IMG/VR virus record: IMGVR_UViG_3300028888_000001
Direction: 5' to 3' (one strand)
Origin: a virus
Taxonomy: Duplodnaviria; Caudoviricetes
Length of the DNA: 64,000 nucleotides
A model generated the notes under the pieces. It saw nothing but the letters and a program-made list of their open reading frames with translations, had not been told where the DNA came from and did not search any database. The position numbers and the translations under genes are program-made. Within the stretch, counting starts at the first letter, position 1. Every line of letters begins with the position of its first letter. Positions 9,712-19,729 of this stretch are shown here, piece after piece.

Positions 9712-9830
9712 TTCCCAGGGGGCTTTCGAGCCCCCGCCCTTCGGGGTTATTTATTTTTTACTAAAAAGCGTGCACATTTTAGTAATTTCATATATTATTT
9801 TTTATTCTCTATAGGAGGTGTATTTTCTCT

Positions 9831-10571
9831 ATGAACCAGCAAAGGCTAGAATGTGAACGATTAATTTATAAAGTAATGGAGACACTTGATGATCCTAAGC
9901 ATCATAATAATTCAGCTCCAAATGTAGAATACTGGATCAATAAATTCTCTAAGATGTCTGATAAAGAATTTGAAGAATTTGTGTGCAAGCCATTAAGCTT
10001 ATATTATCAAACTGAAGGGTTACGCTATGAGCCATCTATGCTACAAATTAATAGAGCTTTAGATGTGTTAAACGTACCTCTACTAGAAGAAGTATATATG
10101 CCATATAAGTATAAAGATTCTAATGGTCGTCCTATGAAGACTAAGAAATGCTTAGTATTTTATCTTCATATTAAGAGAATGAAACAATTATTAACTAAGA
10201 AGAATGGTATGTCTATTTATACTAACACAAGAGATACTCGCACTGGGTTATTATCTGGTGTAGATAAGAATGGTAAATCTTCTGATCATGAGTTTGAATC
10301 ATTTGCTGTATCTGGACTATATAACTCTATGAAAGAGTTCTCTGGTATACGTGGTGATGCTATGAATGATAAATCTAGAGCTAATCAACAAATTAAAACT
10401 CTTGGTCAAGTACGTTTAGATGATCTAGCTAATGATAAAACTGATAGCTTATCTAAGAATACATTATCTGTATATTTTATTGGAGCACAAATTAATTCTA
10501 ATCTTGTAGATACCGATTATCTTACTCCATATACTTTAAAGCAAAAGAAACTTAGAATAGAAAGAGTATAA
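9831..10571 (+). CDS. Phage RNA polymerase beta-like subunit, C-terminal piece (probably virion RNAP)
   Basis: FYLHIKRMKQLL..R..RTGLLSG..K.G..SDHE aligns with the RpoB C-terminal YMLKL.H..R..TQQP.GG..GEME region; late promoter at 9773. Confidence 0.65.
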   Translation: MNQQRLECERLIYKVMETLDDPKHHNNSAPNVEYWINKFSKMSDKEFEEFVCKPLSLYYQTEGLRYEPSMLQINRALDVLNVPLLEEVYMPYKYKDSNGRPMKTKKCLVFYLHIKRMKQLLTKKNGMSIYTNTRDTRTGLLSGVDKNGKSSDHEFESFAVSGLYNSMKEFSGIRGDAMNDKSRANQQIKTLGQVRLDDLANDKTDSLSKNTLSVYFIGAQINSNLVDTDYLTPYTLKQKKLRIERV

Positions 10572-10905
10572 TTTTTATAAATATTAAATTGTATAGACCA
10601 TAAATTGAAGAGAGGTTTTTAGGAGAGAGCGAGACGGAATCTCCATTGGAGATGAAGTCTCAACGCTCTCTCCTAAAGATATTTTTGTTAAAAAATAAAG
10701 ATTTTTGTCAAAAAATATTATTTTATTTGCAACTTAACACAATAAGTAATCAGATTTTTCTGAGTAGTCAATATAGTTATACTCCTTGGTACTGATGGAC
10801 CAGACGACCTCGTTGACCGCCTCGCAGAGTAGGGCCCCGTACGCACGGAGGGGCACTATACTATTATTCATTAAATTAATAAATTGTATTTTTTAGGAAA
10901 ATATT

Positions 10906-11919
10906 ATGATAGAACGGGATTTAGAAAAAATAGAAGATAACTTGTTATGCAGCATAAAATATAATATATTTATGGACTATGAGCAATTATCAAATTGCCA
11001 ATATAAGTATATAATGTATCCAGATAAAGACAATGTAAATATAGACACATGGAGAATAAGATATAATAAGATGGATATCGTTGAGTCAATGGATGATTTT
11101 ATGCTTAGAGCCATTGATCAATTTCCTATATTTATTGATAAGCAATATAAAGTATACTACAACGTTTTGTATAAGAGTACACATAAATTCAGCTATGGCG
11201 TACCATACTATCTAAGAAAAGTTTCAATCTTGTCAAATAAGAAGAATGACAAGAATGATAGTGGTAAATTAAAAGAAAAAGCTTTTGTGTCATTGAGAAC
11301 TCCAACGACACAAATAACAATGCCAATGTATAAATACAAAAAATTAAATACTCAAATATATGATCCATATTACCCGACGATTTTCAACAAATGCGCTTTA
11401 GGAGATATAAATCCTAATGAATATTTTGAGGAATTAAAAAGATGGTTTATTGTTGTACGACGATGCTATGATAGATCATATTGTCATTATAGATATTTTG
11501 GTGAAATTGGAATGACTATGCCAGATGCAATGTATTATAATATCAATGGTAAAATAAACAATTTTGGCTCTATGAGAATTTTTAAAAACTACATTAAGCT
11601 TACTAAGTATTGTAGAGAAAATGGTGTTATACCGATATATGGTTATATAGAACCTAATGATTATAATATGTATTGTCATATGAGATATTCGTTTAATAAT
11701 GAAGATAAGCTTATGATATCTAGATTTCCCACCGAAGTACAAACGGATATTTCATTTTCTCAAAATGCTAAGCAACTCGGTATGCCGTTTAATGATAGAA
11801 TAAACTATACTCCAAGTAAAGCCGGCCGTCCTAAAGGATCAGTTAATAAAACTCATAGAATGATTACTATCAAACAAGAGTCTAGAGATCCGTGGGATAT
11901 TTGGAAAGATAAATATTAA
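10906..11919 (+). CDS. Hypothetical DNA-binding protein (HNH-associated RC..Y..YG motif remnant, AT-hook)
   Basis: RRCYDRSYCHYRYFGEIG and KAGRPKGS motifs. Confidence 0.6.
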   Translation: MIERDLEKIEDNLLCSIKYNIFMDYEQLSNCQYKYIMYPDKDNVNIDTWRIRYNKMDIVESMDDFMLRAIDQFPIFIDKQYKVYYNVLYKSTHKFSYGVPYYLRKVSILSNKKNDKNDSGKLKEKAFVSLRTPTTQITMPMYKYKKLNTQIYDPYYPTIFNKCALGDINPNEYFEELKRWFIVVRRCYDRSYCHYRYFGEIGMTMPDAMYYNINGKINNFGSMRIFKNYIKLTKYCRENGVIPIYGYIEPNDYNMYCHMRYSFNNEDKLMISRFPTEVQTDISFSQNAKQLGMPFNDRINYTPSKAGRPKGSVNKTHRMITIKQESRDPWDIWKDKY

Positions 11920-12026
11920 ATCAAAAGTTGGTTATATAATATAAAATTGTATCTAAGAATAAACTTATAATTAATAAAAGTAATTTGTTCTTAAAGATAC
12001 AAATAAATATAAGGAGGATAAATCAA

Positions 12027-12188
12027 ATGGCAGACAAGCAGTATACTGTGTTACATGAAATTGGTGACTATTTCAGGGGTAGCAATCTAAACGAAACAGA
12101 TAACAAAGCATACAATGAACAGATGAGAGAAAAAACACAGAAAAACGAAAAAGACTTACCGAAAAAAGATAATAAAAACAATTTCTAA
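12027..12188 (+). CDS. Small hypothetical protein
   Basis: AGGAGG RBS before ATG 12027; terminator follows. Confidence 0.65.
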   Translation: MADKQYTVLHEIGDYFRGSNLNETDNKAYNEQMREKTQKNEKDLPKKDNKNNF

Positions 12189-12258
12189 ACGAAATACTAC
12201 ACTGAGGGAGATTAATCTCCCTCAGTGTATATTATGTACAATAGGAGGATAAAAACAC

Positions 12259-13605
12259 ATGTTAAATATGACTATTTTTGGAGTTGGAGCTGCAGGTAAT
12301 AAAGCAGCTATCAATCTTATCGAAAATGGAATTGTTGCTCCTGAATATATCAAGCTTTTAAATACGTCAAGCAAAGATATTCCAGAGGAGTATAAGAATT
12401 CAGATATATTTGTAGCATTTAGTTCTGGCCTTGGAGGATGTGGTAAAGAATCTTCCAAAGGCAAAGCTGCTATAGTAAATGCTATGCGTAAAGGCACAAT
12501 TGATTTTGGAGATTTATTTAATGAAGATTCACAAGAAGTAGTATTAGTATCTTCCGTTGAAGGTGGAACCGGATCTGGGTCTGTACCTCAGATTGCTAAG
12601 TTCTTTATAGAAAATAATGTACCAACACATGTATTCGCATTGATAGGATTCCAGGATGAAGCTAGAGGTATCAATAACACTCTTAAGTTCTTTAAAGAGC
12701 TTCCAGATGGAGTTATTCTTCATACTATAAATAATGGATTTTTCTTGGATTATACTAAGAATTATTCCAAAGCAGAACAAGCAGCGAATGATGAGTTCGC
12801 TACAGAAATTGAAATTCTTAGGGGATCTAAATTGATCAACTCATCTCAGATTATTGATGATGCAGATTTATTGAAGATCAATACAGCTCAGCCTGGATAT
12901 ATGACTATCAATCATATCAATTTGGCTGGGATTAAAAATGTATCCGGATTCAATCAAGCAATTGTTGAGTCATTTGATAACAGCTGCTATCTTGAATCAT
13001 CTAACACGTGTAAGCTTATAGCTGTAATCGTGAACGGCGGTAGAAGAGTAAAAATGTCTGTTGATAACTCCTATGAAGTGATCAAGAGATACACCGGTAT
13101 GCCGCAAGAGCTGTTTCAGCATATTCAGCCAGATAATGATGAAGAGTATATTAATGACGAGTATATTGATATCATTGTTGCTGGAATGAAATATCCAGAA
13201 GAGTCTATACTGGATATGAGCAATAAGTATAAAAAACTTAAAGAACAGATGTCTGCTAAGAGAAAATCTTTTGATGATATCTTCGCTGACATCGATATTG
13301 ATGAGATGGATGATATTGATGCTAGTACATCTATAAAGTCTAGACTTAAATCATCTAAATTCAATAAAGATATCTTCGCTGATATACCTGAGATGGCAGA
13401 TGAAGATGATGCAGCAGTAGAAGAGAACCCCGCTACAGGGTATAAGAATACTAAGAGAGAAAACGCTGTCTCTAGAGTAAAAGAAAACCCTATGAGTCCT
13501 CCACAGGAGAAGAGCTTCAAACTCAAGAGTGGAGGAAATGCAACAGGCCGACTAATCGGATCATCGTCAACAGATTCAACTTCTGATGATATTAACAATT
13601 TTTAA
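12259..13605 (+). CDS. Tubulin/FtsZ-family GTPase (PhuZ/TubZ-like)
   Basis: GVGAAGNK, GLGGCGK, tubulin signature SVEGGTGSG; long acidic C-terminal tail. Confidence 0.92.
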   Translation: MLNMTIFGVGAAGNKAAINLIENGIVAPEYIKLLNTSSKDIPEEYKNSDIFVAFSSGLGGCGKESSKGKAAIVNAMRKGTIDFGDLFNEDSQEVVLVSSVEGGTGSGSVPQIAKFFIENNVPTHVFALIGFQDEARGINNTLKFFKELPDGVILHTINNGFFLDYTKNYSKAEQAANDEFATEIEILRGSKLINSSQIIDDADLLKINTAQPGYMTINHINLAGIKNVSGFNQAIVESFDNSCYLESSNTCKLIAVIVNGGRRVKMSVDNSYEVIKRYTGMPQELFQHIQPDNDEEYINDEYIDIIVAGMKYPEESILDMSNKYKKLKEQMSAKRKSFDDIFADIDIDEMDDIDASTSIKSRLKSSKFNKDIFADIPEMADEDDAAVEENPATGYKNTKRENAVSRVKENPMSPPQEKSFKLKSGGNATGRLIGSSSTDSTSDDINNF

Positions 13606-13633
13606 TCAATATATCCAATTAAAGGAGACCAAG

Positions 13634-14602
13634 ATGTTACAAGCAATAGAACAATACTTTAAGGAGAAAGAGGCTTATGATAATAGTAGGCCAGCTCCAG
13701 TGGAGGTGAAACCAATGGAATCACCATTGTTCAATCATAGTATTCTGTTTAAGAATATTGAAGACAGAGATACAATGTCTGACAGTGAGTTAAGATATTT
13801 TATTCAGCGCAGCTTCCAAGCTATTATGAATAATGTATTCGACTCTTCTGTAGGTCAAAGATATATTCTTGCATTCCAGGATGAAAGATTTCTGGATGCA
13901 TTTATTGATGTATTATTACAGATGCAATTCTATGATAGTGACGTAATAGTGAGATTGAACTTGATTTGTTATCATTATCTTACATTGCCAGAACAGAGCA
14001 AACGTGCTGAAGTATCACAGCGTTTGCTAAAAATTTCTGGAATTATCAACCGTAATAAATTAATACAGATGAAGAAGTTTGGTTTGCAGCCTAACTTAGA
14101 GTCTTTGTTAATTATTGCAAGATTTTCAGATTTTGACCTAAACATCTGTGAGAAGAGAGTTAATCTTATGATGGTAACATCCCCGCAGATTTATAACAGA
14201 CTCGGGCTTGACGATCCATATGACGTAGCATCGGATGAAGCAATCCATTGGTTGGCTACATTGTTATTGGAATTATATAGAGTTGAAGATTGGACTTTTG
14301 TCCTTGGATATTTCATGCTCGACGTACTTCCAGAACACGATGAGTATAACAACCAGTGGGTAACTCCTGAAGTAGAAGCAGTTGATTCTGCTATGACTTT
14401 GGCTATACTCAAGATACTTGATGAGATGATTGATAATTCTGCTAAGCTTAGGGAAATCATGGTAACATACGCTGAAGGCTACAGAATTATCAATCAGAGA
14501 GCTCCGATTAAATTCAGTTTTCAGTCTATATCAGATGAATATCAGAGACTTAAAGCTGTTATAAGATATCTAGCTGAAGAGGAAAATATTTATGTGCCTT
14601 AA
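13634..14602 (+). CDS. Hypothetical protein
   Basis: AAGGAG RBS before ATG 13634; helical 322-aa ORF. Confidence 0.8.
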   Translation: MLQAIEQYFKEKEAYDNSRPAPVEVKPMESPLFNHSILFKNIEDRDTMSDSELRYFIQRSFQAIMNNVFDSSVGQRYILAFQDERFLDAFIDVLLQMQFYDSDVIVRLNLICYHYLTLPEQSKRAEVSQRLLKISGIINRNKLIQMKKFGLQPNLESLLIIARFSDFDLNICEKRVNLMMVTSPQIYNRLGLDDPYDVASDEAIHWLATLLLELYRVEDWTFVLGYFMLDVLPEHDEYNNQWVTPEVEAVDSAMTLAILKILDEMIDNSAKLREIMVTYAEGYRIINQRAPIKFSFQSISDEYQRLKAVIRYLAEEENIYVP

Positions 14603-14648
14603 GAGTTAGATTGATTATAAAACTAATATATCCAAGGAGGTTAATATT

Positions 14649-14930
14649 ATGACTATCACACATCTTATTCATAATGATCCGGATAAAGAGCTGAATATCG
14701 ACATGGACAAAGAGCCATGGGTATTTCAGAAAAAAGATGACGAGGTAGCACAGATCGCGCTTAAAGTAGATCATGACAGTATCTATATTAAAGACACAAA
14801 TGGTAGAGACATCGATGGATTCACTATCGTTTGCAAAGATGAGGATAGTGTGAAGATCATTTATGATATACTGAAAAGCGATATCGAAACGATAACAGCA
14901 GTATTTCCGAAAAAAGTTCTAGAAGATTAA
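14649..14930 (+). CDS. Hypothetical protein
   Basis: AAGGAGG RBS; terminator after. Confidence 0.75.
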   Translation: MTITHLIHNDPDKELNIDMDKEPWVFQKKDDEVAQIALKVDHDSIYIKDTNGRDIDGFTIVCKDEDSVKIIYDILKSDIETITAVFPKKVLED

Positions 14931-15084
14931 GAGATATTATAGCTTGATATTCTACAGAGGGTGGAGAAATCCACCCTCTGTATTATTTTTAATATAAAAT
15001 TATCAAAAAATACATTTTTACAAGCCAGATTACATTCTTATAATGAAATATAAAGAGCAAATTATCCTCAAGGAGGTAAAAATA

Positions 15085-16317
15085 ATGTCTATATTAGCAG
15101 CTGCATTTAGGGAAGCTGTAAAGAAAACAAAAGACTATTCTCAGATAAATGAGATGAATTATTCTATAAGCTATCCTACAGGGTTTTTGAACCTTGATTT
15201 TGCAAATGGATATATACAAAATGTAAACGGTAAACTTAGATATGAACTTGGAATCACAGATGGATCTATTAATATGATTATCTCTGATTCCGGTTTAGGA
15301 AAAACCACATTAGCAACTCAGATAGCTTGCAATATCGCTAGACGATTCAAGTCGTCTACCATATTTTATGAGCAAGCTGAGGTTGGCACTAATATACAAA
15401 GAATAAAAAATCTATCTGGTTTCCAGACAGATGAAGAGTTTCGTAATAGATTTGTAATTAGAGACGCAGGTATTACAACAGAATCAATATTTGAGCGTAT
15501 CAAGATGATTCACGATATTAAATTAGAGAACAAAGACGAATACTTATATGACACTGGTCTTATAGATATGGCTAGTAAGCCTATATTTAAATTCGAACCA
15601 ACGATAATGATAGTTGATTCCCTTAAGCTAGTTATGTCAAGAAAGAATACTGAAGCAGATGAGACTAATAATATGACTGGAGCTACCAATGCCAAAGCCA
15701 ATTCAGAGTATTATATTAAGATGGTTCCATTATGCCGTGAAGCTAATATTATTATGCTTATCATAAATCATATTACGGTTGACGTTAATACTGGTTTTCT
15801 TCCAAAGAAATCAGAATTCCCATACTTAAAGCAGGGTGAGCACATTGCCGGTGGTAAAAGTGTGGTATATATTCAAAACAATGTATTCCGTCTTGATATT
15901 AAATCTAAGCTGAAACCAGAAGAGGGCTTTGGGATTACTGGATCTGTAGTAAATGTAGATATAGTAAAATCTAGAAGTAGCAAAACATCAAGAGCTAAAT
16001 GCTGTCTAGTGTTTGACCAGCTTACTGGATTTGATCCTGAGCTAAGTTTATTCTATATGCTCAAAGAAGAGAAACTTATTGAAGGCGCTGGTGTAAGCTT
16101 AAGAATCCCAGGGTGTGATATAAAATTCTCACAGAAGAATTTTAAAGAGAAGCTCTATAATGAACCAGAGTTATACAATGCATTTTCTAGTTTATGTGTA
16201 GAATATTTATCAAATATGCTGCTAGAAGAATATAACCAAGCTAGCAAAGAAGAACACGTAGGTGATTCTAAAAAGTCAGTATATGAAAACATGTTAGACA
16301 GGCTAAACTCCAATTAA
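15085..16317 (+). CDS. RecA/UvsX-like recombinase
   Basis: YPTGF..LD, Walker A DSGLGKTT, Walker B MIVDS, IINH, GGK motifs. Confidence 0.88.
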   Translation: MSILAAAFREAVKKTKDYSQINEMNYSISYPTGFLNLDFANGYIQNVNGKLRYELGITDGSINMIISDSGLGKTTLATQIACNIARRFKSSTIFYEQAEVGTNIQRIKNLSGFQTDEEFRNRFVIRDAGITTESIFERIKMIHDIKLENKDEYLYDTGLIDMASKPIFKFEPTIMIVDSLKLVMSRKNTEADETNNMTGATNAKANSEYYIKMVPLCREANIIMLIINHITVDVNTGFLPKKSEFPYLKQGEHIAGGKSVVYIQNNVFRLDIKSKLKPEEGFGITGSVVNVDIVKSRSSKTSRAKCCLVFDQLTGFDPELSLFYMLKEEKLIEGAGVSLRIPGCDIKFSQKNFKEKLYNEPELYNAFSSLCVEYLSNMLLEEYNQASKEEHVGDSKKSVYENMLDRLNSN

Positions 16318-16345
16318 ATTAAATTTATCATAGGAGTGCAATCGC

Positions 16346-16693
16346 ATGATACAGGATAGGAATATATTCAAAAACGTCAATAGACGTAAAACTCCAGAAG
16401 AGAAGAAAAAAGAATTAAACACACCACCAGCTATCGTTGAAATAGATGGTTTATGTACTATGCTTAACATTGGAAAAAATACGGCATACAATCTGCTTAC
16501 ATCAAATGAGATAGATTCTTTTAAAGTTGGTTCTGTATGGAAGATACCAGTATCTTCAATAAACGAATACGTAGAAAGAAAATGCAAAGAGACCAAACTT
16601 GTGAAGATGTATGACGTAGTATCTAAAAATCGTGATCTTCATTTCGAGAGGTATGGAAGGATACCTATGATGTATCATGATCCTACAGATTAA
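16346..16693 (+). CDS. Excisionase-like helix-turn-helix DNA-binding protein
   Basis: LCTMLNIGKNTAYNLL..EIDSFKVGSVWKIP pattern. Confidence 0.8.
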   Translation: MIQDRNIFKNVNRRKTPEEKKKELNTPPAIVEIDGLCTMLNIGKNTAYNLLTSNEIDSFKVGSVWKIPVSSINEYVERKCKETKLVKMYDVVSKNRDLHFERYGRIPMMYHDPTD

Positions 16694-16924
16694 ATTTTAT
16701 CACGTTAGAAATGCCATTATTAAGAGGGATTTCATTATTCATTCAGCTGCAGTAAGATATTGTTCATGAATACCTCCTTTCTAATATTATTAGTCTCTCA
16801 TTAATAATGGCTTTCTATATATTAAATTTTTTGTCGATTATATATTATAAATTTGAATGTAAAAATAACAAGCATGATATTATAAAATTTTACATTCAAA
16901 TTTATTTATAAGGGAGTGATAAAA

Positions 16925-18020
16925 ATGGCTTTTAATCTAGAGAATCAGATTCAAAATAATATTAAAGATTTACCGGATTACAACTATATGCTAGGTAGAA
17001 CTTTAATGCAGCCTTTTAAGCCTAGTAACTCTGGATCACGAGCATTGATGTCAGCTATACATGTTGAGCATTTAATGGTTCCATCAAAACCGGAAACCCC
17101 ATTAGTTCAAACCGGATATGAAACTGAATTTGGCGAGATGTCTACTAGTTATATCGAAGCTAGTGGTAATTGGGAAGTAATTTATAAAATAAACAAATTT
17201 TCATTTAACAACAATCATTATTATCTCATAGTAAGAAATCTAGAGACTGGTATATATGATGTGATTGAGAGAGTCACGTATAAACATAATACAGAGTCTT
17301 ATGGATATATGTGGGATAACAGTCGTATTGATGCGTTGAATATCGGAGACGTTATTAAAGATAAATCCATCATTAAAACTTCTAAAGGCTTTGACGAATT
17401 TGGAAATAAAATGAATGGAGTTAATCTATTAACGTTATATTTAAGCTGTGGACAGAATATGGAAGACTCGATCATTATATCTGAATCTGCAGCGAAAAAA
17501 CTTGAGACTAATCTGATAGAGAATACGTCGATCACCATAAATGATAATGATATACTATTAAATCTGTATGGTGATTATAATACGTATAAAACATTTCCTG
17601 ACATTGGGCAGAAAATAAACAACGGCATATTCTGTGCAATAAGAAGATTAGAGAATGAAAACTTATTATTCTCTCTATCTCAGCAGAGATTGAGAGATAT
17701 AATGATTTCAGATAGAAAAATTATAATGGATGGATATGTAGCAGACATCGATGTCTATTGTAACAATGTAGAAGCTCTTGGAGATTCTACTTATAATAAG
17801 CAGCTTTATAAATATTATCAAGAAAGAATTAATTTCTGTAGACAAGTATATGATCTTGTTGGCCCAATAGCATTAAATAACCAGATGACTTATGATCTAC
17901 AAGAGTTATTTGGAATTGCTAGAGATACCATTACAGGAAAGCAGTTTTTTAAAGAACGACAGTTTAACAATGTCATCATGGAAGTTACAGTAATGCATCC
18001 ACTGCCAATAATGGACGGAG
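16925..18020 (+). CDS. Phage (non-virion) RNA polymerase beta-like subunit, exon 1
   Basis: NSGSRALM, GQNMEDSIIISES RpoB motifs; ends ATG GAC GGA G just before the conserved GDK motif. Confidence 0.88.
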
Positions 18021-18466
18021 AAACTATATAGTTATCTCAGCGCATTTAGTAATAAGTGCGTTCCTACGGGGTTAATTGCAGGTAATTGGTAAAGCCTCGC
18101 ACCAAAGCGGAATCTGAAAAGATAGACGTAAAGGGACGAAAGTAGAAAAAACGCGAGGATGGTATATGGTTAAATGAAAAGTAAAGTGTATAGTCGGTAA
18201 TATACTTTACCCCTAAGTACTATTTAAAAATCCATGTTCTTGCAGCGAAACACCTAAAAGATTTTATCTCATGGTGGACGTTCAACGACTATCCGATGGC
18301 ATCGGAGTAAAGCCGCAAGCTAAAGGCGGAAGAAAAATCCCGGCCCTATTCTTATAGGGATGATAAATAGTCTATGCACGTTTCGAAAGAAAGTGACTTG
18401 GAATTGACCAAGCAATATATGTTGCGAATATATTGAAATCTGGCTCCCGTTTTAAATAAATACAAT

Positions 18467-18512
18467 TTTCTCAACACCTCGGTAAATCTTAACTCGGAAA
18501 GGTGGTGAGAAA
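18467..18512 (+). promoter_or_regulatory. RBS-sequestering hairpin with embedded late promoter upstream of tnpB
   Basis: TTTCTCA-A-CACCT pairs with AGGTG-G-TGAGAAA; AACA-CCTCGG-TAAA at 18473-18486. Confidence 0.7.
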
Positions 18513-18516
18513 TATC

Positions 18517-19722
18517 ATGAGTAATTCTACTTATATAAAAGGGTTTAAATATCGAATTTATCCAAATGATTGTCAAAAAGAAATTATAAATAAATTTGTG
18601 GATATGTATAGATTTGTTTATAATTGGGGTCTAGCTCTTGAAGAAGAGACATATCAAAAGTTCTTAAATGGAGAATCGGAGAAACGATTTTTATATTTCT
18701 TTGATCTATGCGCCGAATTTAAAAAGTTCAAATCTATAGAAGAAAATTCTTGGGTTTGTGAGCTTCCAAATACAACTGCGCGTTTAGCATTAAGAGATGT
18801 AATATATTCATTTCAAAAATTCTTTAAAAAGATAAATAGGTACCCAAAATTTAAATCTAAAAAGCGAAGTGTAAAAACTTTTAAAACTAGATCGGATAGA
18901 TTTTCATTTAATGATGATGGGAAGCTAAGATTTGAAGGCCTTCCTAAAGCATTTGTTGATGCTGCTTCCGATAGAGTTGATTTGCACTTCGATTGTGGAT
19001 TTAGAGATGAAAAATTTATACAGCCTTCTATTTCTATTGATAATCTTGGACGATATTGGGTTTCATTTTCTGTGGAAACTGAATGTGAAGTTCTTGACAC
19101 TCCAAAAACAGAACCAATAGGTATCGACTTAGGAGTTAAGACTACAATAACACTTTCTATAGGAGAGAAATTTAATAAACCCAAAGAAAAGTTAGAAAAA
19201 ATACAGCGTCAAATTAAGAAAGCCAATAGACGCGTTTCTCGTGATATTAATCGAAGATTTGCCGAATCAAGACGTACGAAAACCAAGTACGAAGATATAC
19301 CCAAAAGTAACCGCGCTATTAAGCGACAAGAAAAACTTTCTAAGTTATGTAAAAGACGGTATAATATCAAACGCAATTTCTATCATGAAACTGCTAAAAA
19401 GATAGTATTAAGGAATCCTGAAGGCATTGTGATGGAGACTATTCCAGTTCTTGAAACTATGAGAAAATATAAGAAAACAGCGAAATTTTTAGCTGACGCT
19501 GATTTCTATTTAATTACTCAAATTTTCAAAGAAAAATGCACGAAGTATTCTGTTCCGTTTATGCAAGCTGATAGATCATTTCCTTCATCGCAAATTTGTT
19601 CTAATTGCGGGTCAACTAGAAAAATTGGCGGTTATCATACTTATATTTGTCATAAATGTGGTATGAGAATGGATAGAGATATCAATGCTGCTATAAATCT
19701 TAGAAATCTATTCTTCGCTTAA
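18517..19722 (+). CDS. tnpB: TnpB RNA-guided endonuclease
   Basis: N-terminal KYRIYP HTH, RuvC GIDLG / VMET / DRDINAAINL, zinc finger CSNCG..CHKCG; catalytic D-E-D present. Confidence 0.93.
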   Translation: MSNSTYIKGFKYRIYPNDCQKEIINKFVDMYRFVYNWGLALEEETYQKFLNGESEKRFLYFFDLCAEFKKFKSIEENSWVCELPNTTARLALRDVIYSFQKFFKKINRYPKFKSKKRSVKTFKTRSDRFSFNDDGKLRFEGLPKAFVDAASDRVDLHFDCGFRDEKFIQPSISIDNLGRYWVSFSVETECEVLDTPKTEPIGIDLGVKTTITLSIGEKFNKPKEKLEKIQRQIKKANRRVSRDINRRFAESRRTKTKYEDIPKSNRAIKRQEKLSKLCKRRYNIKRNFYHETAKKIVLRNPEGIVMETIPVLETMRKYKKTAKFLADADFYLITQIFKEKCTKYSVPFMQADRSFPSSQICSNCGSTRKIGGYHTYICHKCGMRMDRDINAAINLRNLFFA

Positions 19723-19729
19723 AGCTTTA

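Noticed and set aside
10770-10865. 5S rRNA, SRP RNA or hammerhead ribozyme
   Set aside because: Only isolated short words match (GAGTAGG, CTGATG); required cores and order are absent
18517-19722. TnpB as Cas12f of a CRISPR system or as an autonomous IS200/IS605/IS607 element
   Set aside because: No repeat-spacer array, cas gene or TnpA anywhere in the window; it is nested in the intron
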